From assembly GCA_051362555.1 (NCBI GenBank), contig CM120644.1, positions 23,954,534 through 24,018,533 of the forward strand: a stretch of DNA of 64,000 bases, in the 5' to 3' direction. Source of the DNA: Lingula anatina. Its lineage: Eukaryota; Animalia; Brachiopoda. A program made the position numbers and the translations under genes. Shown piece by piece: positions 53,729-64,000 of this stretch (positions are counted from its first letter, which is position 1; each line of letters opens with the position of its first letter). The notes beneath the pieces were generated by a model. That model was not told the DNA's origin. It saw only the letters and a list, made by a program, of their open reading frames with translations, and made no database searches.

Positions 53729-55454
53729 TTAATTTGCAATGTAGATGACTTTGTGCTTTTCTATTGTTTCAATGTCTCTTTCTAACTGCTTCATCTCCGC
53801 CTCCATGCGCTCTTTGCGGTTCTTCTTGGGCACAGTATCCGTGACAACTGACAGCCCTTGATATTGGTGGTGAATCTCCTCCCAGTTTGCTTTGAGTCCC
53901 GCGAGAATGACTTGTCTCTCGGCCTCGGAGAGCTGCTTCATGGCCCCACGACGGAAGTGCTCAGCGATGTAAGCTTCATACTCTTCCTGTGCTCTAATCA
54001 CCTCCTTGTTACGCTTCACAAGATATCCTGGTGTCTGACCAAAATCCTGGTAACATAATAGATGTATATTTTAATTATTGAAATTAAATTATCTTTATAT
54101 TTTTATTTAGTTTTCTTAATAATTTTTTACATATCAATTTCTTTTAAAACAGACAAAGTAAATATGCTGTGTGTCTTTTAACTTGGTGATTCAACATCAT
54201 TTTTTTAACAATAAATGAAGAAGTGGACAATATAATTTAAAATATCTACAAAAACATTTCCCCTAATGATCCTGCAATTTTGTATCAAACACAACACATC
54301 AAATAAAAAAAATAAATAAATAAAAAAAAAAAATCTATCACATTTGGATTGAACAAGAATGGATATATATTGCAAGCCATCCTTACCTTCTTGTGGATAA
54401 ACTTAGGCTCCAGTCCAGATGGATCAAGTGGCCACTTATCTCCTCCCCTGGTGTCCACAAAGTTCTTGTCTGGCTTCTTGGGGACAGACATGATGTTACC
54501 CACAGCGTTATTGGTGATGAAGTTCTTCGTTGTCCTCAGTCCCATGAGAGGTTTGTCTTCTTTGTGTGGAACTGGTGGTCTGCGTCTGTCCGCGTCTGGG
54601 TATGTGAAGGGTTCACCGGCAAACACGTGCTCTCCTAGGAAGAACAAGATTGGATATTGTAAAGGTTTTGATTATATTCTGATGACATTATGTTAGATAC
54701 ATTGACTTGACAGGTACCAAAATGTAACCAAAATTGTAACTCACATTTAGCTATGATTATAGAAGTCACACACTAAGGGGCTGTTTCAAAATGTTTAAAT
54801 AAAATAAAATAGAAAAGTGTACTTATGTTAAAATAATTTTACACTGATTCATAAGAGAAATAAATTTAGAAAATAAATGAAGGGGATATTTATTGAAGCT
54901 AAGTATAAATCAAAGCAGTTAGTGGACTAGACAAAGATCAATGTTGTATTTTGACACTTACGAGGGGGTAATTTTGGCTCCTTGGAATGTTTCTTAAGGA
55001 AGTTATCAGTGGTTGGCACAGGAACCTTGGCCTGCCCCATTGTCTTGTAACCCGACTTCCCTTCTTGTCTTTCTTCTCGAGCCATTTGCTTGAACTTTGA
55101 CGTATACCTAAATAAAGTAAGAAACACTGATAAACTGTTTACCTTTACTCAAAACATTAAAATCATTAAAATAAAAACATCAGTTTACAACTTGTCAACT
55201 ATAATTTCCCCCCTATTTTCACATTTTAATGGAATTTTTAATATCCCCTGCAATGTTTGGCGGCTGCACTTATAGATACAAAACAGACGCATATGTTAAT
55301 ATTAAATATCAGTATGATAATATCATAAGATGGCTTGTTTGAAAAATTCTTCAAAAAGGGTGAAAATTCTAGATCTTATAACTTACCTTGCTGGTTTTGG
55401 AGGCTTTACCTCCTCTCTAGGAATCAAATTGTAGATATTCTCCTCTTGCAACAT
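53729..55454 (-). CDS. ENKUR: Enkurin
   Basis: Exons 55454-55387, 55107-54962, 54634-54387 and 54046-53729. ENIYNLIP..RYTSKF..KTMGQAKV..FLKKHSKE..GLKANWEEIHHQYQGLSVVTDT..KHKVIYIAN matches enkurin as I recall it. Confidence 0.93.
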
Positions 55455-55857
55455 CTTGAAATCTTAGTAAAATTGCACGAAACACAACAAATAACAATCC
55501 TGACGGTCCGTCAGCTGTGAAACCTGCAGTATAATGTGAAATCAACGTGGAACACAGCAGAACAATACGACCTACAAACAAATAGACGTCTCCTAGGAGA
55601 CGGGACCCGGATGTGGAATACTGGACACTAGAGGGCCAAGACAATCCTAGTTACAACACACGTTAGCATTGCAATGACCCTTTTTGGAAATAGCGAGTAC
55701 AATAATTGTTTTGATATTAAACGATAATTTGATTGCCCTATGTTTTTGTAACTTGTGTAAACATTTATGCTTCACTTTAAATCTGACTTTCTTGAACTTC
55801 CTGAGACCCACTGCGCATGCCTGAGAGGTCAGAGAGGTCAACTAAATGAAAGCAAGC
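55455..55857. promoter_or_regulatory. Bidirectional promoter of ENKUR and HPRT
   Basis: ATGs ~400 bp apart and divergent. Palindromic X-box-like GTCTCCTAGGAGAC (55588-55601), ETS-like CCGGATGT (~55607) and NRF1-like TGCGCATGC (55812-55820). Confidence 0.65.
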
Positions 55858-56951
55858 ATGGCTGGGAATGACTGTGTAGTGGTAAGTGCCAATGTCACAA
55901 CGTGTTTAACAGACTTTCATTGGAAAATATTAACCAAAAATTAGAACCTAAATACTATTTCAGATATAATCTGTGCGTGTACTTGTTCAAAACATTTAGT
56001 TGATTTAAAGACTATCTAATTTCACTTATCAATGAATCGGTGACAGCTACTAGTAAGTTGAAACTGGGGTGGAACAATCCTCAAGCCCAGCTTGCCTCTG
56101 TTGTTCGCCAAAAATAATCGATGAGCGACAGAGGCAAGCTGATAAGAGGGCATTTTTTAGTGCACTTCCAGTCTCAGGTAAGAGCTCGAGTGATAAGTCA
56201 AGAGATCGCTACTCCAAGTATATAGTGATAAAATGGTGTCATTCGAGTACTAATACGTTTTGACGTGCGATAATGTCACTGAGTCTACTTAAGTCATTCG
56301 GTGCTACTACATTACTTTGGTATCTGTAAGACCACATATTGTAGGCTTTTGTCTGATGGTGTATTTAACTGTTTTATTTCAGAAGCTTTTGAACTGTGGC
56401 GATTTACTAGTATTTATTTACAGTATATTTATTTGATTGTTAATTTATTTGTAATATACTGAGTAAACTTTAATAAAAATATCCTAATTAATTTAGCCAT
56501 TATTTAGGATTATCATACACATACTGTAATCATGGTGCAGAAATAGACACACTTGAACTTTAGAGATGCATATATAGAGTGTGAAGTGATCATAAACTGA
56601 CAGTACCCAACCTTTCCATGAAACATTAGTAAACGTTAGAAACAGCTGCATCTGTGTAGATTTTCCAATTAAACTGAGATACAAGGGTGACTGCACCTAT
56701 TATAGTGAGGTATTTTGAGATGTTCTCAACTATCAGCTAAAGGAAATACATTCTGAAAACCCTTATCCATCATTCTGTTTGTGTTGAGAATACATATTTG
56801 AGAATTATTATGGTATGATATGATATTCTCCCCTCATACCCTCATCCTACCCACATCCCTCCCACCCACCCCTCTGACATTCTCTCACATGCCACCCCAC
56901 CCCAGCTCACTCCAACTCCCCGGGCATTCTCCAACACCCCCCCCCCCCCCT

Positions 56952-57006
<55 letters not shown>

Positions 57007-57996
57007 TACTTAATTATCATCATTCTGGATAAATTAATATAATATTATGTGAACCCTGGCACTGGGTTGCGTGTGATAATAGAAGGTATTTTCTGACTTT
57101 TAACATGACTTTTAACATTTTGAACTTTGTATTGGTGACATTTACTTTAAGACTTTCATACTATAAAAGTATGTGTTTGAGAACTTACTGCAGTCCTACT
57201 TTTACTAGACAAAACAACATGCAGTTGTTACTGTGTGAACAGAAATCTGCATGGATTCAAATTTGTATTCCTTTCTGCTTGTATTACTCTGTTCGTGATC
57301 TGTGGAATTTTCTGCAACCTGCTTTCATTATTGTACAAATTAAAATTTAACTTCACACTAAGCTCATCACTGAAGCTCGAGATAAACACTGCGCGTTTGA
57401 CGTAATATTTGTTGACTTTTCAAAGATAAGTGCAGATAGCATAGTTGTACTTACAACATATTGAATCGTGCCCCTGATTCCTGATGTCGTAATGCAAGTT
57501 GACAAAGTGTAGCTCAGGTATTCCCAGGCAAAGTGCACTTGAGAACTTTTGTCTGATAATTGGTCTTAGCTTATAGACCAAAACTTTATCTGCTTTCCAT
57601 GTGTTATTACTACCTTGCACTTTTTGTGCTCTTGTTTATTTATAGATCAACCTCTTATAATTAATAGATTGATTAATTAAGTAATTGATTAATGACTATA
57701 ATTAATACACAAGAGACAGATGCAAGAGACAGATTTCAGTGCTTCTTTTTTCTTGGGGGGTCTATTTATGTATTTCATTTATTTCTCTATTTAGATCCCA
57801 GATAACTGGCACTTTTACAATTTGAACTGTCCTGTCAATTTTTCTTTGTACTTATTTCTACATTTTATTGTAGATCCCTGACGACTGGCAGGGTTACAAG
57901 CTGGACCTGTTCTGTATCCCCAAACACTATGAAGATGATCTGGAGGATATTATGATTCCTTCAGGACTTATAGATGACAGGTGATTGAATTACAGC

Positions 57997-58079
<83 letters not shown>

Positions 58080-61000
58080 TGATTGAGGGAATATTGGCAA
58101 AAATCTGTTGACTTGGGTGAACTGTACAACTATACTATAGTCATGAAATGTACTGTGAAATAGTTTTTCAGTGTCTCTTGTGTAGAATTAAATTAGTTTG
58201 TAAAAAAAATAATGTTTTAAAATTAAATACATATCATTTAAATACATAATATATGTAATAAATAAATACATAAATTAAATACATATCATTTTCATATTTC
58301 GACTTGTAGAGTGGAGAGACTGGCGCGGAATATCTGCCAAGACTTCGGCCATGCTGACCACTTGGTGGCGCTGTGTGTGCTGAAAGGAGGCTACAAATTC
58401 TTCGCAGACCTGCTGGACAAGATAAAACAGTTAAACAGGAATATCGAACACTCAGTGCCCATCTCCATTGACTTTATCAGGGTTAAGAGTTATGTGGTAT
58501 GGACAGTCAAATTTATTTAAAGATTCAAAATCATATTTACTTTATACCAGCAGAAAAGTGTTTTGATTAATTTTATTGTTGCCTCATATTTTAGCCATCT
58601 GTGGCCATGTTGTAATGATTTTGATAATATTTATTGATTGACTTATACGATATATATCTATTTACTTACTGCCATTGTTCCCCATAGGATGACCAAACAA
58701 GCGATGAAGTTCAAATCCTAGGAGTGGATAACCTGGATAATATCACAGGAAAGGTATATCTTTTGGTTATAAATGTATATGGGTCACTTATAATTTATTC
58801 GGACGAATTGCCAGTAATTTTAAAGATGGATACCTCCCCTTCCCCCTTGGTGATCCAACTTGTGAAATGGCGTATAAGCTAGATAAGATTTTGGTTCAGG
58901 ATGCATTTTCAGCATTCAGCATTTTCTACCACCACCCCCCAACACACACACACACATACACACACACACACACAAACGCGCACACACACGCACTTGTGCT
59001 ATTATAACCAAGGTTCACCATATCTAAACTTACCAATCAGATCTGTAAGCACATTTGAGTTCAGTCTATTTCTTTAACATTATTATGTGAAACTCGCTGC
59101 GTTGTGTGACAAACCTCATGTTAAGCTGTGAGATGTTCCCTTCAAGAGGTGATGGAAAATTACCAATGACTAGAAAGAATATATATTAAACATATTATTG
59201 TATCTCAGATTGTAAAATATACGTTTGTTTCGTATGTTTCCAGGATAAGGAAGGTACTTCCTAAAAAATTCCAAAGCTAGAAAAAATTAGTATTAAAACT
59301 AAATGCTGAAGACCACATACAAGTCTGAATTCACTTTATCTGTTCAACATTTTCTATGTATAGTTTACTGCTCTGTAACAGTCAAGAGATGATGGAAAAT
59401 TACCATCAGGTAGAAAGTATGTATATAAATCAAATATTTTAGTGTGTCTCAGATTGTAAAATATCGGTTTGTTTTGTCTATTTTCAGAATGTGTTGATAG
59501 TAGAAGACATAGTAGATACTGGGAAGACAATGGAAAGGTTACTAAAACACCTAGAACAGTACAAACCCAAGAGGGTTAGGGTCACCAGGTACTGCTGGAA
59601 AAAACGTTTTCAAGTTAGCAAAATTAGTTTTACAAAATGTCAAAGACAGTATGCTGTGATTTGAGTTTTAATTTTTGATCATGAGCACTTATTATATTTT
59701 ATTTTATTTTATTTTATTTTATTCTAGCTGTTTTGTCAGGAAAGAAAAAAAGCAGAAGTTAAACACAGAAAAGACCATATACTTTGACTCAAGTAATATG
59801 TATAGATCTTGAGGAATTCAATTTAGGTAATTTTGTGAAAGATGAATTTTATCAAAAAAAAAAAAAAAAAGAGAAATGCATTTATATCAAAAGTATTTTT
59901 ATTTTGTTTTCAGTTTACTAGTTAAAAGAACCAAAGGCAGCACAGGATACAGACCAGATTGTACGTGACTATGGTAACAGTTACAATAGTAACACTTACA
60001 ATTCTACATATCATGAATTATCCACTACTTAATTTACTATACTTAAGATTTATACCATTATATCGGTAATGTTTGAGTTGGACTTCATTCCAAATAGGTT
60101 AGCAAAATTTTTCCACACCATAAAACTAGTTTTACTCTGACATACACTTGGGAAAACTAACAAGTGACAATAGAACCTAACACCCCATTTCCATAGATTA
60201 GATCGACCTACTTTGGATCGACCTAACTCCCTGGGGGTTCGCGCTGAATAGCTGTCAGCCGGGCGGACACGAAAGTTAATTGCCCCTTACGGCTTGTAGT
60301 GGGCGGGGACGGACACTTAAGGGGGATTATCTGACGGTAGTCTGGTGAGACTCCCCGCGGTGATAGATCGATCTAAAGTTGTGGGAATAGACCCATAGTC
60401 ACAGGTTTTATAATGAAAAGTGCAGCTGGTTTCTTGTAAAATGATGCTAATTATGGCCCAGAGCATTTGATAGACAAAGTGTAGCTAATAAGATTAATTA
60501 AGAGATAAAACTCCAAGAGGGCAATCCTCCTATCAAAATGCAAAAAAATTTAAGCGGAAAATATATGATAAAGTAATCATTTGTAAAATATTTGGAGAAT
60601 TGATTTCAGTTGGAATTGTAAACAAAGAGACTTCTAAATTCAAAGTTCATAGTCATGTGTATTTATGTATTAGTACATAATTGGAGTTAATTTATTCATT
60701 TCAGACATAGGCTTTGAGATACCATGTCGTTTTGTCGTAGGGTACGCACTTGACTATAACGAGCATTTCAGGGACCTAGGGGTAAGTGTTTCGTTTGTGG
60801 ATGTGCAGTGTGTGTGTGTGTGTGTGTGGGGGGGGGGGGGGGTGAGTGGGAAACTGTGGGAGGCTGTGGGGGGGGGGGGGGCAGTCCTGCTCCTGAGCAC
60901 TCTTAAATAATACTTTAACATTCACTTCAAGTTTATAAATGTGTACACAATTTTTTGAAAGATTTGCAAGTTTATTTAAGCCATGATGACTTTTATGGTT

Positions 61001-61165
61001 CTGTAATTGTATTGTTTTATGATATGAAATAATACAGGGAAAGTAGATGTTTCTGACTTATTGTTAAACAATATTTCATAATTTAAGAAATAAATATTTT
61101 AATTTCAGCATATTTGTGTCATCAATGAGAAAGGAAAGAAAAAATATGCAGCAGGAGCTATGTAG
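55858..61165 (+). CDS. HPRT1: Hypoxanthine-guanine phosphoribosyltransferase
   Basis: Exons 55858-55881, 57874-57980, 58310-58496, 58688-58753, 59488-59588, 59914-59960, 60705-60781 and 61109-61165. Motifs [45 protein letters not shown]. Confidence 0.95.
57998..58076. repeat. (TA)n microsatellite
   Basis: Long pure TA run in HPRT intron 2. Other microsatellites lie at ~18645 (TA), ~18957 (CA), ~27015 (TTA), ~33914 (TA/GA), ~40401 (TAA) and ~56953 (CA). Confidence 0.95.
60184..60393. mobile_element. Possible MITE in an HPRT intron
   Basis: Imperfect inverted ends around ttagatcga(c/t)cta; GC-richer than its flanks. Confidence 0.4.
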
Positions 61166-62017
61166 AGATGTGACCAAGACTAAAACGGAGAGTTTTGAGC
61201 TGCCATTTGTAAAACTTTTTTACACCAGAGTAAGAATTTATAAAAAAAAAATAAAAAAAACTAGTCTCACAAAAATGGGGGCTTCAATTTGGATGTGTAG
61301 TAAACTATGAAGGTCAGCACACTATAGCCGTCATATAAGCAGCATTCTTATCATATCTGTACCTAGTTCTCCTCCGTCTCTCCCCAGGGAGTGAGAGGAA
61401 CCCGAGATCGAGAACAGGATGGTGGAGACTGTGGCCATTTAATTTGACATTAATCACAAATGTATGCCTTATCTATTATGTTCTCCAAATTACAATACAT
61501 AAATCCAATTTTTAGAGTTGTGACTTTTTTGTTTTTGAGAATTTCTCATAAGGGATACATGGAGATATATAGTCTGAATGGCACAGATTGTGGTTATAAT
61601 AAAAAAAAATCCAAGTGGGTTTATATATTTCAAATTAACCTCAGTAGTTTGGGACTAAGGGAAATTTGTTGTAATTTCCAGGAAAATGAATTAATATATT
61701 AAAATTTGTTATTGTGAAGATCTGCACTACTAATACAAGGATAAATGTCTGCAAGTAGGCTTTTTATTATAGACATTTTGTTATGTGGTATCTGATGCAA
61801 AGTTTTACCCAGAACTTGGCATCTTTTTTATTGCCAGTGGTAAATTTTAACATCTGCTGTACTTAATACCAAAACATGTAGATTTTAGGTATATTTTTAA
61901 CTCAATATTTCTCTCATATGTAGAATATTTTAATTAGCATACACCTCTATTTGTAAGGAAATTGATTCCTTTGTGGCTTTTGTCCTGTAAAAAGAAAAAA
62001 AAGCCAATTGTGCCATC

Positions 62018-64000
62018 ATTTTTTATGTACAGACACAGATGTGTCTGTACATATTGCCATCACCTGCGTCTGTCGTCGCCGTCGCCGTTCATGTCGCCGT
62101 TCATGTCGATGTCGCCGTCGCCGTCGCCGTGCACTTTCAGCGTTAACACCATAAGTGGAAGACAGTTTTACTTTTTGGCTTTATATTTACAGAGCTGATG
62201 AATATTCATAAAACGCAGGTCAAGTTCGAAAATCAGCATGATCGGGCCATTATTGTAGAATTTATGCTGTTTTTTCACTTTTCAGCATATATGCAACACT
62301 GTTAACACATTTCAAAGAAAACCGATAGGCCTGTTGTCATGAAACTCACAGGAGTAATCAATCTTACTTAAACGCAGGTCAAGTTCGAAAATCGGCATGA
62401 TCGGGCCACCATTTTAGTAGTTATGCTGTTTTTTCACTTTTCAGCATATATGCAACACTGTTAACACATTTCAAAGATAACTGATAAGCCTGTTGTCATG
62501 AAACTCACAGGAGTAATCAATCTTCCTAAAACGCAGGTCAAGTTCGAAAATCGGCATGATCGGGCCACCATTTTAGTAGTTATGCTGTTTTTTCACTTTT
62601 CAGCATATATGCAACACTGTTAACACATTTCAAAGAAAACTGATAGGCCTGTTGTCATGAAACTCACAGGAGTAATCAATCTTACTAAAACGCAGGTCAA
62701 GTTCGAAAATCAGCATAATCGGGCCATTATTTTATAAGTTATGCTGTTTTTTCACATTTCTTCTTGATTCAATTCTTAGGCATGTTAACAGTCTCATTAT
62801 TTAATTAATAAGATATGTTAAAGTGTTTGCTTGACATTTCCTGCATCTTTACAACATTGTTAGTTGATTATGTAAAAATGATGGTAAACTTGTTATCATG
62901 TATTGTGTAATAAAGTGTCAAAAATGGAAATAAACTCATATTATTGCAGTTTGTAAGATTCAATCATTCATTATGTTCAGAAACTCAGAATGGAGGAAAT
63001 TGGACATTTGACACTGTTCTATTGATATTTTTCACATCTCATCAACTTTCTTAGTTGAACATATAAAAATGGCAGTAAACTGTTAATTTTGTTTTATGTT
63101 AAAAAAGTGTTAAAAATGGAAATAAACGCATTTCATTACAGTACTGTCTTGTTTCACATTTCCTCAGATTCAATTCTTAGGCATGTTAACAGTCTCATCA
63201 TTTAACTAATAAGATACGTAAAAGTCTTTGTTTAACATTTCCTGCATCTTTGCAACATTGTTAGTTGATTATGTAAAAATGATGGTAAGCTTGTTATCAT
63301 GTATTGTATAATAGAGTTTCAAAAATGGAAATAAACTCTTATCATTGCAGTTTGTCAGATTCATTCATTCATTCACTATGTTCAGAAACTCAGAATGGAG
63401 GAAATTGGACATTAAACACTGTTCTATTGATATTTTTCCCATCTCATCAATTTTCTTAGTTGATCATATAAAAATGGCAGTAAAGTGTTAATTTTGTTAT
63501 ATGTTAAAAAATTGTTAAAAATGGAAAAAAATGCATTTCAGGACAGTACTGTCTTGTCTACATTTTGGCATTTTCAAGTTGTGACTTTGAAGTTCCATGG
63601 GCCTGAAGACCTTTGCTAGTCACATTTTCTGAATATCCATGATACTAATATTTTATTATTAAAAATTGATGGTTATTATCCTGTTAAACATTATGTAATA
63701 TTGCATCAAAATTTGAAGAAACCCCTATTTTGGACACTGCTCCCTTAATGACCATTTAAAGAAAACTATGTCAACTGTTCTCAAACTTACAGGAAAGAAA
63801 CATGGGACTAAAATACAGTTTCATTAGGCAGTGCAGTCTATTTGGTAAATTTTTCTGGCAGTTAATCAGTTTTTTGTGAAAATTTAATTTTTCACATATT
63901 GGCAATTTCAAGGTGTGACTTAGAACCACCTTGGGCTTGAAGACCCATGCTAGTCACATTTTCTGAAAATCCACGATACGTATATTTTATTATTAAAAAC
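62018..64000 (+). mobile_element. Helentron-associated (HINE/DINE-like) non-autonomous element with internal tandem repeats, truncated by the window edge
   Basis: T-run then palindrome atgtacagacac-agat-gtgtctgtacat, a (GTCGCC)n microsatellite, 159-bp units (~3.5 copies, 62205-62760), then ~405-bp and ~335-bp duplications. Confidence 0.7.

Overview
AT-rich, intron-containing animal genomic DNA; the repeat and gene content suggest a lophotrochozoan or mollusc (inference). Contents in order: a frameshifted C2H2 zinc-finger array (1.6-3.3 kb, -); a TE-dense block (3.8-26 kb) with MITEs, a piggyBac-like element, Tc1 remnants, two copies of a 1.35-kb hairpin-ended element and a near-complete tyrosine-recombinase retrotransposon with split direct repeats (11.2-17.5 kb, -); an ankyrin-repeat + death-domain gene built from tandemly duplicated 99-nt one-repeat exons (26.6-33.5 kb, +); an ankyrin/SOCS-box gene (38.2-47.0 kb, -) with a 5.4-kb intronic satellite; RBM48 (+); a 79-bp minisatellite; ENKUR (-) head-to-head with HPRT (+); and a Helentron-like element at the right edge. 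Most interesting: (1) the modular ankyrin exon cassettes fused to a death domain; (2) the retrotransposon's internal array of B-box-like hairpins and a splice layout that could express the recombinase from a spliced RNA; (3) two satellites whose units each reiterate an RNA-processing signal. Exon boundaries were read by eye from GT/AG and frame; no database searches were run.
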